From the NCBI GenBank assembly GCA_965224245.1, contig OZ245046.1, forward strand, positions 1,120,001 to 1,184,000: 64,000 nucleotides of DNA, read 5' to 3'. The stretch is from Candidatus Eiseniibacteriota bacterium (GTDB taxonomy: Bacteria > Eisenbacteria > RBG-16-71-46 > CAZAMP01). Made by a program: the position numbers and the translations under genes. Shown here one piece after another: positions 46,601 to 55,530 of the stretch. The first letter of the stretch is position 1. Each line of letters starts with the position of its first letter. The notes under the pieces were generated by a model. The model searched no databases. It was not told the origin of the DNA and was given only the letters and a program-made list of their open reading frames with translations.

Positions 46601-46744
46601 GGTGATCGACACGATGGGCGGGTCGATGTCCGGATACTCCCGAACCGGCAGCCGCGAGAAGCCGATGACGCCGAAGATGATGATGACGAGGCTCATGACG
46701 GTCGCGAAGACCGGTCGCGCGATCGAGACCTCGCTGAGCTTCAT
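43655..46744 (-). CDS. RND efflux permease (AcrB/MdtB-like)
   Basis: SIARPVFA, LPVREYPDIDPP, AIGLVVDDAIVMLEN, GLVTKNSILIVEFA, RLRPILMT. Confidence 0.95.
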   Translation of the reverse strand: MKLSEVSIARPVFATVMSLVIIIFGVIGFSRLPVREYPDIDPPIVSITTFYRGASPTVVETEITDVIEESLSTLDGVKTITSSSQEQGSSITIEFELSRDVDEAANDVRDRVSRIKGRLPSESDDPIIAKVDVNAQPIIWLALSSERLSTLDLSEFADVVLKDRLQRLPGVGSVFIGGERRYAMRVWLDPARLTAHGLTTGDVERAIREENAEIPGGRVEGAEREFSVRTRGDLSTADEFSAIIVSQEGDYKVRLGDVADVVVGPEDDRTITRFNGIPSIGLGIVKQTKASTVEVADEIQRALPELRSLLPEATLLTTAYDSSVFIRDSINEVVKTIVFAVCLVLLVVLAFLKSVRATLMPAATIPISIIGAFAMMYFMGFTINILTLLAFVLAIGLVVDDAIVMLENVYRHVEMGKPPLRAAWDGAREVGFAIVATTLALVAVFLPLAFLTGTVGRLFNEFGISLAVAVAISSFVALTLTPMLCSKLLKPSTAERQNWANRSFDRFFDGLDHIYARTLGVVVRHRLIAFAIALAVFAGSIVVFRSLPRELIPTEDRSIAFGVVIAPEGATLDYTDRYMRQLEQILLSRPEHQGLFTATGLGFGGPGRVTNGFIFFRLKPRDQREKSQQQVVQELFPQTFSIPGVLAFLINPPSLGGRFSSSPIEYVLLADSYATLQTAVSTMMAKASELGYLINLDSDLRLNKPELDIRIDRERAARLGVSVTDIGTTLETLLGGRVASEFKRGTKQYDVIVQLRPRERATPDVIDEIYLRSETGGLIQLANVISVRESVSPKELNHYNRVRSATLTANLAPGTSVGSALDALDAIARESLPPGVRTDLAGQSREFRESSSKLYFMFILAVVFIFLVLSAQFESFVHPLSILLSVPLAVVGAIFSLGLFGLSLNIYSQIGLVILIGLVTKNSILIVEFANQLRARGREPAEAVQEAARIRLRPILMTSFSTIVGVLPIALGLGAGAESRQPLGVAIVGGMFVSTFLTLILVPAVYAAMSRFTRIRDRHAEIEEMASAS

Positions 46745-47844
46745 GGTGCGGGCTCCGTCGCACCGCCGCTCTGGATGGGCATCACCCGTGCGCCCGGGAA
46801 GAGCTTCTGGTGACCGGCCCGAACCACCCGCTGGCCCGCGGTCAGTCCGTCCAGCACCTCGACGTCGGCCTCGAGCCGCGTGCCCAGGCGGACAGCCGCC
46901 CGCGCCACGGTGCTGTCGGGATTCACCACGAACACCAGCGTCTGGTCGCCCTCGGCGAACACCGCCTCGGACGGGATGGTCAGGGCGTCGAGGCGCTGAC
47001 TCAGGATGGCCGACACGTCGGCCGACATGCCCGGTCGCAGGCGCTCGCCGGTATTCTCGGCCACCGCGATGACCTCGACGCTCCGGGTCTCGGGATCGAG
47101 CACGGGATCCACCACCTGCACGGTGCCGGACACCGGGTCGTCGGGGTAGGCGGTCGTCGAGATTCGCACCGGAGCGCCCGGCGCCAGCTTCGGCACGAAG
47201 CGCTCGGGGGCGGTGAATACGACCTTGACCACGCCGATGTCCGACAGCTCCGTGATCGGCGTGCCGGGCTGGACGAACGCGCCGGGGCTGATCAGCTTGG
47301 TGCTCGTGCGCCCCGCGAACGGCGCTAGAATGCGTGTCTTGGCCAGCCGGGCCCGCGCGAGTGCGATGTCGGCCTCGGCGATCGCCAGCTCGGCCACGGC
47401 GTCGTCGAGATCCTGCGCGCTACCCGCTCCCTGTCCCGCGATGCGCTCGACGCGCTCGTAGGCGGCCTTCTTCTGGGCGCCGATCGCCTCGGCGCGGCTG
47501 AGCGCCGCGCGCAGCTCGGCGTCGTCGAGCTGGGCCAGGAGCGCGCCCTCCGCCACGCGGGATCCCTCTTCGAACGGCATCCGCGCGATCTTTCCCGGCA
47601 CCTCCGAGACGACGGTGATCTCCTCGTTGGCCGTGATCGTGCCGACGGCGTCGAACCGGTCGGCGACCGGGCCCTGCCGGACCTCGGCGATCTCGACCGG
47701 TGTGGGCGGGCGCCGAAAGCCGCCGGCAGCGGCGCCTCCGGCCGCGTCGTCGCCCGAGCAGCCGGCGGCCGTCGTCGCGATCGCGATCACGCCGGCGGTC
47801 ACGGCGTCGCCGATGCGCGGACCTGTGCGTGGACGTCTCCGCAT
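46741..47844 (-). CDS. RND membrane fusion protein
   Basis: lipobox-like AAGC, APFAG, LRPGMSA, GLTAGQRVV; overlaps the permease start. Confidence 0.92.
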   Translation of the reverse strand: MRRRPRTGPRIGDAVTAGVIAIATTAAGCSGDDAAGGAAAGGFRRPPTPVEIAEVRQGPVADRFDAVGTITANEEITVVSEVPGKIARMPFEEGSRVAEGALLAQLDDAELRAALSRAEAIGAQKKAAYERVERIAGQGAGSAQDLDDAVAELAIAEADIALARARLAKTRILAPFAGRTSTKLISPGAFVQPGTPITELSDIGVVKVVFTAPERFVPKLAPGAPVRISTTAYPDDPVSGTVQVVDPVLDPETRSVEVIAVAENTGERLRPGMSADVSAILSQRLDALTIPSEAVFAEGDQTLVFVVNPDSTVARAAVRLGTRLEADVEVLDGLTAGQRVVRAGHQKLFPGARVMPIQSGGATEPAP

Positions 47845-47851
47845 CTGATCC

Positions 47852-49468
47852 CTACTCCTGTGACGCGGGGTCGGGGAAACCCGCCGTGAGGTAATCCAGC
47901 TCGGCCGCGGCCCGGGCACTTCTGACCAGTGCCTGCGAGTGGCGCTGCTGCGCCGACGCGAGGTCGGCGCCGAGGCGAACGAGCTCGAACGCGGTCGAGC
48001 GACCGTTGTCATACTCGATCAGTCCGATGCGAACCTGCTCGAAGGCGGCGGCGACGCCTTCCTGAGCGATCTCGAGCCGCTCCCGGCTGTTCACCACCGC
48101 CCGGTGGGCGGCGCGCAGCCGAGTCTCGATCGAGTCCTCCAGCGCCGCCAGTCGAGCCTGGGCACGATTCACCTCGGCCCCGAGACGTGCGCGCTCGCCG
48201 CGGCCCTCGTTCATCATCAGCGGCCACGAGAGCTCGAGCCCGACCGACCAGCTCGGGAAGTCGCGTGCGAGGCTCTGATCGATCGCCTCGCCGTAGCCAC
48301 CGTCGGCGCCCACGCGCAGCGTGTCGCCGCCGAAGATCACCTCGCGCGTTGATCCGGCGAGCCCGGTGCCGCCCAGCGTGCCGACCAGATCGAGGCTGGG
48401 CAGCGCCTCCAGTGCAGCCCCTCGGGCATCCGCTTCGGCGGACGCGAGCATCAGCCGGGCGGCGCGGATCGAGGCGTTCCGATCGAGCGCGCGCTCCAGC
48501 AGCACCTCGATCGGCTCGAGCCCCTCACGCTCGGGGGGAGTGGTGGTCGGCCGGTAGCGCACCGCCTGGCCGGGGCGAGCTCCGATCAGGGCCGCGAGCC
48601 GATCCGAGACCGCGTCGAGGGCTTCCTCGCGGTCCATCGCCGAGAGCTTCTGGTCGGCCAGGAAGACGCGCGCGCTCGCGACGTCGGCCGGACCGACGAG
48701 CCCGGCGTCGCGTCGCAGACGCGCCTCGTCCAGAAGCGCCTCGGCCCGATCCACGATCACGCGCTGGACCGCGAGATCCCGCTCGGCCGCATAGAGCTCC
48801 CAGTACGTGGTCTCGACCTGCATGCGCACGAGATGGCGCGCGTCCCTGAGCGCTTCCGCCGCCGATCGCGCCCGCCGCCGGGCCGCCGTCCGGGGCGCCG
48901 AGGTGCCGGCCCCCAGCCCGCGCAGGAGCGGCTGGCGCAGCTCGAGACGGGCGTTGGCCCGATACTCCGGATCGATCGACGCGAACTCCGAGTTCGTGTC
49001 CAGACGTTGCGCGTCGAGAGCGGCTTCGAGCTCGGTCCCGATGGGGAGACGGAGGCGTAGGCCGGCACGACTCTCGGTCAGCTCGTCCTCGATGACGTCG
49101 GGTCGGGAGAATGGCGACGAGGAGGGCGTCTCCGACCCCGAGCGCGTGATCTCGGCGAAGAGCTCGGGGTCGAACGTACCTCGCTCTCGCTGAGCGGCGC
49201 CTTCGGCGGCGGCGGCGGCGGCCAGGGCCTCACGCACGTCGGTCGCGTTGGCCAGCGCCAGCGACACGGCCGTCTCCAGAGACAGCGGCTCGCCGACGAT
49301 GGCCTGGAGCTCGACGGTCAGGAAGCTGTCCGGATCGGCCGGCAGCGGCGCCACGTCGGCCACCGCGGGGGCGGCGGTCAGGATGGGGAAGGCGCCGACG
49401 AACGCGAGACTCACGAGCCCGCCTCGAGCACCGGGAACGCGCGAACGACGCGGGACGAAGCATGCCAT
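47852..49468 (-). CDS. TolC-family outer membrane factor
   Basis: LSLETAVSLALAN, LRQPLLRG, LPSLDL, YDNGRST; first gene of the RND operon. Confidence 0.88.
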   Translation of the reverse strand: MACFVPRRSRVPGARGGLVSLAFVGAFPILTAAPAVADVAPLPADPDSFLTVELQAIVGEPLSLETAVSLALANATDVREALAAAAAAEGAAQRERGTFDPELFAEITRSGSETPSSSPFSRPDVIEDELTESRAGLRLRLPIGTELEAALDAQRLDTNSEFASIDPEYRANARLELRQPLLRGLGAGTSAPRTAARRRARSAAEALRDARHLVRMQVETTYWELYAAERDLAVQRVIVDRAEALLDEARLRRDAGLVGPADVASARVFLADQKLSAMDREEALDAVSDRLAALIGARPGQAVRYRPTTTPPEREGLEPIEVLLERALDRNASIRAARLMLASAEADARGAALEALPSLDLVGTLGGTGLAGSTREVIFGGDTLRVGADGGYGEAIDQSLARDFPSWSVGLELSWPLMMNEGRGERARLGAEVNRAQARLAALEDSIETRLRAAHRAVVNSRERLEIAQEGVAAAFEQVRIGLIEYDNGRSTAFELVRLGADLASAQQRHSQALVRSARAAAELDYLTAGFPDPASQE

Positions 49469-49520
49469 GTGGGCTCGCGCTCTCCTGAGTGACGGGACGG
49501 CGGACGTTCGAAGTGGGGTA

Positions 49521-49548
49521 ACGGTACCGGCCGGTCGGCGGGTGTCAA
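49521..49548 (-). promoter_or_regulatory. sigma70 promoter for the tolC-MFP-RND operon
   Basis: TTGACA-N16-TACCGT on the minus strand. Confidence 0.55.
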
Positions 49549-49725
49549 GGACCATCCGGCGGCGCGAGGACGTGCCAGCCGTCGCCGGTGGGTAAATGGC
49601 TCACGAGCTGGAGTTGCGAGCCGGCGCGAGAGGTCGGGCGGTCGGCGCCCGGGAGCGCCGCGCGGTCGCGACGCCGCGGCCTCCCGACCCCGGACGCGCG
49701 CGAGGTACCGCGGGTGCGGCGTCAC

Positions 49726-49938
49726 TCACTGCGCGTCGTCGTCGTCCCGGTCGTCGTCGTCGTCGTCGTACTCGTCCGCGTCCCTGTCGTCGGCGTCGCC
49801 GTCGGCGGGCTCGGCGTTCTCGCCCAGGGCGGCGCGCTCCTTCTTCAGTCGCTTCTTCTCGAGCTTGGCTTCCTGCTTCTTCTTGCGCTTGAGCTCCTTC
49901 TGACGTTTCTCGAAACCATAGTGGCCGCGCTTCGCCAT
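49726..49938 (-). CDS. small protein with basic N-terminal half and acidic tail
   Basis: GAGAGGTG RBS; MAKRGHYGFEKRQKELKRKKKQEAK followed by poly-Asp. Confidence 0.75.
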   Translation of the reverse strand: MAKRGHYGFEKRQKELKRKKKQEAKLEKKRLKKERAALGENAEPADGDADDRDADEYDDDDDDRDDDDAQ

Positions 49939-50115
49939 GACACCTCTCTTCGATGATGGACAGGATCGCTGCCTGGCGAGCGGCCGGTGCGACCCGGGGA
50001 GTGAACGCCGGGCATGTCGGGCGCTGGAACGTCGCCCGAGCCCGGGTTCGGTGTGACGACCCGCGAGGCGGATCGTACGTCGATCGACGCGACGGGCGCC
50101 GATCGAACGGGTGAG

Positions 50116-50144
50116 ACCGTACCATCGCGGGCCAGCGTCTTCAA
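50116..50144 (-). promoter_or_regulatory. sigma70 promoter with extended -10
   Basis: TTGAAG-N17-TACGGT with TG at the extended position, upstream of the 70-aa gene. Confidence 0.5.
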
Positions 50145-50145
50145 C

Positions 50146-50841
50146 TCACCGGCCATCGGGGCACGCGCGTCCCGTGTGTGCGTCGTTCCGTGACAGCACG
50201 ACCCAGAATGCGGCCGCCGACGCGACGTAGAAGAGCCAGTGCGCGGACAGGCTCCAGACGATGCCGTCCCGGAGGTGCAGGATGAGGACCGGGAACACGA
50301 TGGCCGCGACCAGCGAGCTGATCAGGTAGTACCACCCGAAGAGGCGTCCGACGAGCCGGAACAGGAGCACGTGGCTGGCCCCGAATAGGGTCATGCACCC
50401 GAGCACGATGGCCACCGTGGACGCGCCGCGGGCGTCGAGCAGGCACACGAGCGACACCAGCAGGGTCTGCTGAAACAGGATCTCGAACGGCTTCGAGACC
50501 AGGTACCGATCGTCGAGGCGGAGCCAGTAGATGTGCGGATGTGCGGCGATGAACGCCGACGGTCGTCGCAGGCGTGCCCGGAGGAAGGCGTGCACGGCCA
50601 CCGCGACACCCGCCACGCCGAGGACGGCGAGGCCGGTCACCGGTGCCGTACTCGTGACGCGCGTGCGCACGAGGGGCCAGAACGGCTGGACGGCGATCAG
50701 CGTGAGGACGACGAACGTCGCGGCCACGCGCACGGGACGCGTGACGTAGTCGATCCCGCGTCGCACCAGGATCACGAACGAGGCTCCTCCCGCGAGCCAC
50801 AGGACGAGCCACAAGGCGAGCTGTCCGCTCAACGACGTCAT
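50146..50841 (-). CDS. integral membrane protein, CPBP (Abi/CAAX protease)-like
   Basis: several TM helices; FEILFQQ, LFGASH, SAHWLFY resemble degenerate CPBP motifs; GGAG RBS. Confidence 0.55.
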   Translation of the reverse strand: MTSLSGQLALWLVLWLAGGASFVILVRRGIDYVTRPVRVAATFVVLTLIAVQPFWPLVRTRVTSTAPVTGLAVLGVAGVAVAVHAFLRARLRRPSAFIAAHPHIYWLRLDDRYLVSKPFEILFQQTLLVSLVCLLDARGASTVAIVLGCMTLFGASHVLLFRLVGRLFGWYYLISSLVAAIVFPVLILHLRDGIVWSLSAHWLFYVASAAAFWVVLSRNDAHTGRACPDGR

Positions 50842-51119
50842 CGCGACACTCCGTCTCCGCCGGTCGCCCGGCCGACCCGATCCGAGTATCGCATCATTGG
50901 GACTGGAACGTCGGTGCATCCCGGATGGCGCCGCATCCGGGCGACGTCCGCGTGCGGGGTGAATGCCCACCCCGGCCGTGACCTGGCGGGACTCGGCCGG
51001 TGCCGCCGCTTCAGAGGCTCGTATCCGCCGCGGCCACATCGGCCACGGCGAGCCCTGCTATGCTCGTTGCGTCGGATTTCACCTCAGGTCCCCGCAACAC
51101 CACTCTTTCGGAGGGACGA

Positions 51120-52583
51120 ATGCGTCAAGCGCATCATGCACTCACCGGTCGTCACCGGACACACCTCGCCACGGCCGCCGCGATCACGGTGGCGGCGGCC
51201 CTGTTCGGATGCGAGACCGGCTCGCCGCTCTCGGATCTGGATCGGGCCCGGAACGGGTTCTCGTGGGACACCGATCTGCAGGCGCGCGGCACGTTCGAGA
51301 CGATCGACTACGAGTCGCTCGACCCCGGAACCATCGTGTCCGAGGTCTTCGGGAGCGGCGGCAGCGGACCGATCGCCGTACACGGGACGAACCCGTTCTT
51401 CGCCGACGGCGTGAATGCGGCCGTCGTCTTCGACTCCAGCAACCCGACCGGCGGCGACAGCGATCTCGGCACGCCCGCCGGGAGCTGCGGCGGACCGGGT
51501 GACGGCGGAGCCGACGTCGGTCTGGGGACGCCGTACGAGAACTGCGAGGCGCTCGGCCACATCATCATGGTCGCGGCCGATCTGGTCGACGGAAACGGCG
51601 ACAGTCTCGTGGACGATCCGGACGACATCGACGTCGTGGCTGCCGATGGGGTGACGATCGCGTACGACTTCTCGGCGATCGGCACGGTCACGGTGAGCAG
51701 CATCACGGTCATCGACATCGACGGCAACAATCCCGATCCGCGCGTCGAGCTCTTCGACGGCGACGACGTGCTCCTGGCCACGTTCCCGATCCCGAACGAC
51801 ATGCCCGAGAACGGCGTCGCCACGGTCAGCCTCGGGAACACGGCCGGCGTGGTCAAGATGGTCGTGTGGCTCCAGGGCTCCGGCGGCTTCGACACGATCC
51901 TGTTCACGCCCGACCGCGACGAAGAGCCGGTCGGCTGCCGCGTGACCGGCGGCGGCGTCGACTCGTTCGACACTCAGGGCGCCGGCGGCGAGCTCTTCCG
52001 CGGTGGGACGCCGGACGGCGCCAACCGCTACCAGTTCGGCGGCCAGGCGGGTGCGCCCACCGGCTCGCAGCCGCAGCCGTGGGGCGAGTGGACGCACCAC
52101 CAGCAGCAGGGACCCGACGGCAGCTTCATCTTCCACGCCGGTACCGCATCGGCCCCGGAGACGACGGAGATCGACTGGATCTCGTGCTCGGACCCCGGAT
52201 TCTGCTTCCCGGCCCGACCGGCGCCGACCAAGCAGATCGACTTCGAGGGTCTCGGGACGTTCCGCAACATTCGCAACCCGTCGGCCGCGCTCGCGGACGT
52301 CGTGCCGGGTGAGACGTTCCACTGGTTCGAGGTGCACATCGAGGACCTCGGCGAGCCGGGGCCGGGCGGCGAGCACGGAGAGCTCGACGACGCGCTCTGC
52401 CCGCCCGCCGGTCGTGACGGTCTGTCCGGCGACTACGCGAGCTGCGAGTGCGACGACTTCTACCGCATCACGATCTATGCGGGCGTTCCGCAGTTCGAGG
52501 AGCCGAACAAGACCGACGTGATCTACGAGGTCTACGGCTATCTCGACGGCGGCAACCTTCAGATCCACCCGCCGATCGACTAG
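51120..52583 (+). CDS. hypothetical acidic, Cys-containing lipoprotein
   Basis: GGAGGG RBS; lipobox LFG|C; Asp/Gly-rich; CRVTGGG...GGNLQIH C-terminal module. Confidence 0.7.
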   Translation: MRQAHHALTGRHRTHLATAAAITVAAALFGCETGSPLSDLDRARNGFSWDTDLQARGTFETIDYESLDPGTIVSEVFGSGGSGPIAVHGTNPFFADGVNAAVVFDSSNPTGGDSDLGTPAGSCGGPGDGGADVGLGTPYENCEALGHIIMVAADLVDGNGDSLVDDPDDIDVVAADGVTIAYDFSAIGTVTVSSITVIDIDGNNPDPRVELFDGDDVLLATFPIPNDMPENGVATVSLGNTAGVVKMVVWLQGSGGFDTILFTPDRDEEPVGCRVTGGGVDSFDTQGAGGELFRGGTPDGANRYQFGGQAGAPTGSQPQPWGEWTHHQQQGPDGSFIFHAGTASAPETTEIDWISCSDPGFCFPARPAPTKQIDFEGLGTFRNIRNPSAALADVVPGETFHWFEVHIEDLGEPGPGGEHGELDDALCPPAGRDGLSGDYASCECDDFYRITIYAGVPQFEEPNKTDVIYEVYGYLDGGNLQIHPPID

Positions 52584-52667
52584 ACTCCCCGCCGGGCGGC
52601 AACGCGCCGCCCGGCGTTCTCTCCCCGAGACGCGCCCGCTCATCGAACTGATCCGAGGCGCTCCGTC

Positions 52668-53603
52668 GTGGCCACCCGACTTGCCCGATCCGACGAGCTC
52701 GACGCGATCGCGCAGCTGATCGTGGCCGAGAATGCCCATCCGGAGCGGCACTGCATCCAGAGCGAGACCGGCCCCGACGTCACCACCACGGCGGGCGAGA
52801 TGCGGCGACGGCTCGACGCCGACGAGCTCGTGGTCGTGATCGCGCGCGACGAGCCCGATCCCCGCCATGCCCACGGACCCGATCCCACCACCGGGCCGGA
52901 GCTCGACTCCGGCGGCATCCTGGGCGCATTCGCGTGCGAGGTGTATCCGCCGTCCGGGCGCGGCTGGCTCCGGGGACCCTTCGTGCGACCGGGCGTCGAT
53001 CCCGAGCCCATCTTCCACGAGCTCCTGTGCAGACTGCTGCGCGGACTGCCCGACCCCGTGCGACGCGTCGACGCGTTTCTGAACGTCGCCAACGAGCGGG
53101 CGGCGGCGTTCTATCGAGCGATGGGTTTCCAGCCCGTCCGACACGTTCACGTGTACTGGGCGAAGGCGGAGGACGTCGACCTCGGCGCGGCCCGTGACGG
53201 CGTCGAGCCGCCGCCCGAGCTCTGGGCCTCCGCCGCCGCTCTCCACGACGAGATCTTCCCCGACACGTACGTCTCGGGTGAGGGCGTTCTGGCCCAGCGC
53301 GACGAGGACCATCGCCTGTTCGTCCGCACCGACGAACGGGGCGTCGTGGGTAGCGTGTACGTCGAGGCCGATCACGACGCGTCGGAGGCGTTCGTCTCGT
53401 TCCTCGGCGTGCGTGCCGACGCGCGAGGCCGGGGCGTGGGAGAGGATCTCCTCCGGAGCGCGCTTCGCTGGGGGCTCGTGACGAAGGGATTCCCCGCGGT
53501 GGCGCTCAGCGTGCACGACGAGCTGGCCAACGCCCGGTCGCTGTACGAGCGCGTCGGCTTCCGGCTCCGCTACACCGGGCTGCACCTCCGCCGCGATCTC
53601 TGA
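52668..53603 (+). CDS. tandem GNAT N-acetyltransferase
   Basis: NERAAAFYRAMGF and LGVRADARGRGVG...ARSLYERVGF. Confidence 0.85.
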   Translation: MATRLARSDELDAIAQLIVAENAHPERHCIQSETGPDVTTTAGEMRRRLDADELVVVIARDEPDPRHAHGPDPTTGPELDSGGILGAFACEVYPPSGRGWLRGPFVRPGVDPEPIFHELLCRLLRGLPDPVRRVDAFLNVANERAAAFYRAMGFQPVRHVHVYWAKAEDVDLGAARDGVEPPPELWASAAALHDEIFPDTYVSGEGVLAQRDEDHRLFVRTDERGVVGSVYVEADHDASEAFVSFLGVRADARGRGVGEDLLRSALRWGLVTKGFPAVALSVHDELANARSLYERVGFRLRYTGLHLRRDL

Positions 53604-53913
53604 TCGCCTCGCGACGTCCAGCCGGTGGTCCGCCGTGTGAGCAGCGCCTCGGTCCTCGCGGAGGCGCCCCGGCGGACGCACTCGCCCGTGACGCGCTGGA
53701 GGACCGTCGCCGGTGGGGGGAAGTACGGTTCGGGCGACGCGGTGCGAGGTCGATCTGGGACCAGGCTCGAGCTGGTGGAGTCGAATGTCGAGCAGAGCCC
53801 GGCAGGTGCCTCCTGGGGCACTGGAGCACGGGGGTCGACCAGGGGCGAGCCGGTCGACCGTACGGTCACCCGAACCGTCGCTCGAAATCCTGCGTGGCCA
53901 GGGGTGGGGACAC

Positions 53914-53933
53914 AATGATGCGATCGCATCATT
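53914..53933. repeat. perfect 20-bp palindrome AATGATGCGATCGCATCATT
   Basis: read directly; lies between convergent genes. Confidence 0.75.
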
Positions 53934-53976
53934 TTCCGGTCCGAGGCGGGGCCGATCCGAGGCGCAGCGCCGCGGG

Positions 53977-54777
53977 TCAGAAGCGGAGCGAGAGCCCGAA
54001 CCCGATTCCGGTGCCCGAGCCGGTCACCCCGAGCGTGCTCGTGTCGGTGACCATCCGCCCCACCACGAGGCCGACCGCCGCGCCGACCAGCACATCGGCG
54101 AGATAGTGCCGGTTCTCCTCGAGGCGTCCGAGCCCCGTCAAGGCCGCGAGTGCGATCGCCACCGGGGTGGCCGCGGGCGCGTGTCGCTCCACGACCGGGA
54201 CCGCGGCGAAGGCGGTGGCGGTGTGTCCGGACGGAAACGAGTAGTGGCCGCCGTTCGGGCGACGCGCATCGATCGCGACCTTCAGCATCCACGTCGCCGC
54301 CCACGTGCCGATGAGCGACGACGTGAGATCGGTTCCGGCTCGGGTCAACGCGGCGTGTTCGGACGCGTGGCCCAGCGCGATCAGCACGAGCGCCGCTCCC
54401 CCCAGCACCGCTCCATCGCCGTACACGTTGCCCACGTCCGCCGCGGTGTCCAGAGGGGAGCGGCCGACGAGCGCGCCGAGATCGGCGTGGTTCTCGAACG
54501 CGGCGCCGACGAGCGCGGTCCCGGCCAGGGCGCCGAAGGTGATGGCGTCACGCCGATCCGGCCATGAACGCGCCGCGCGCGGCATCGACGCCCTTGTCGC
54601 GAGATCGGTGTGCACGCGTGCGCGCGGCATCGTGGTAGCGTGGTCGTTCGAGTCGCGGGCGCCGCGCGGAGGCGGTGCCGTCGACGCATCCGATCGCCGG
54701 GCCTCGGATGGGGACGAGACGGCCACGACGAGGAGCAGAAGCCATGCGATGCGATCTACCGCGTGTCGTCGGTTCAT
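53977..54777 (-). CDS. PAP2-family phosphatase
   Basis: KVAIDARRP, SFPSGH, GRLEENRHYLADV; signal-like N-terminus. Confidence 0.88.
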   Translation of the reverse strand: MNRRHAVDRIAWLLLLVVAVSSPSEARRSDASTAPPPRGARDSNDHATTMPRARVHTDLATRASMPRAARSWPDRRDAITFGALAGTALVGAAFENHADLGALVGRSPLDTAADVGNVYGDGAVLGGAALVLIALGHASEHAALTRAGTDLTSSLIGTWAATWMLKVAIDARRPNGGHYSFPSGHTATAFAAVPVVERHAPAATPVAIALAALTGLGRLEENRHYLADVLVGAAVGLVVGRMVTDTSTLGVTGSGTGIGFGLSLRF

Positions 54778-55412
54778 GTGCAGCGTTTCTCCTCGTGCTG
54801 TCGTCGATTCCCGGCACCGGCTGCGATGCCGGCGTCAGCCTCGAGCTCCTCGTCGGGGCCCCGGTGAATGCCGGGACGTCGCTCGAGATCCGCCAGCGCG
54901 GTCACCCGCGGATCCGCCTCGACGCGCGGTTTCGCAGCGAGCCGCTCGACGCCCCGATCTACTGGACCCTTCGCGTCGCGATGACCGGCACCGCGTCCGG
55001 CTGGTGCGTCGAGCTCATGCACGACAAGGTCCACCTCGACACGTCGCACCCGGACGTCCAGGCGTTCTCCATCTCGCACGGCCTGAACTTCGTCACGGTC
55101 CAGCGCCGCTGGATTCGCCGGGCTCTGGAGCTGCACGCCGGCGCCGGCATCCTCGTGGCACACCCCGAGAACACGATCCGATTCCACGAGCTGGATCCCG
55201 ACTCCGGCGTCTGGGGAACCGGCTATCACCCGACGGGACCGGCCGCACTCCTGTCCGCCGCCTACCGGATCTCGCTCGGGGCCGATCTGTCCGCACTGGC
55301 CGAGCTTCGCGCGAGCATCGCGCGCGTGCGCGTTCCGGTGGACCGCGGCGACGCCCGGTTCGTCCACGTCGCGGGGCACCTGCTCGTCGGCGTGGCCGCC
55401 GTCGTCTTCTGA
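54744..55412 (+). CDS. hypothetical protein, possible outer-membrane beta-barrel
   Basis: GAGGAG RBS; signal-like N-terminus; alternating strands; C-terminal Phe; start overlaps the PAP2 start. Confidence 0.6.
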   Translation: MRCDLPRVVGSCAAFLLVLSSIPGTGCDAGVSLELLVGAPVNAGTSLEIRQRGHPRIRLDARFRSEPLDAPIYWTLRVAMTGTASGWCVELMHDKVHLDTSHPDVQAFSISHGLNFVTVQRRWIRRALELHAGAGILVAHPENTIRFHELDPDSGVWGTGYHPTGPAALLSAAYRISLGADLSALAELRASIARVRVPVDRGDARFVHVAGHLLVGVAAVVF

Positions 55413-55425
55413 CGCGTCCGTCATC

Positions 55426-55459
55426 AGCGTAGCCGGCTCCGATGAGAGAGCCATGAGAG
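55426..55459 (-). promoter_or_regulatory. OmpR/PhoB-type direct repeat plus -10 element
   Basis: minus strand CTCTCAT-GGCT-CTCTCAT (11-bp period), 10 nt, then TACGCT, the geometry of a pho box. Confidence 0.55.
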
Positions 55460-55530
55460 GGGTGTGGCCGATCTCATGCGATCGGCGAATCGCGTCGACC
55501 GATCGCCGCGGCGACACCTACAATCACGTC

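Noticed and set aside
54774-55517. Minus-strand ORF with an ATGA overlap onto the PAP2 start
   Set aside because: Translation looks like the antisense shadow of the plus-strand gene 54744-55412; not fully excluded without a homology search
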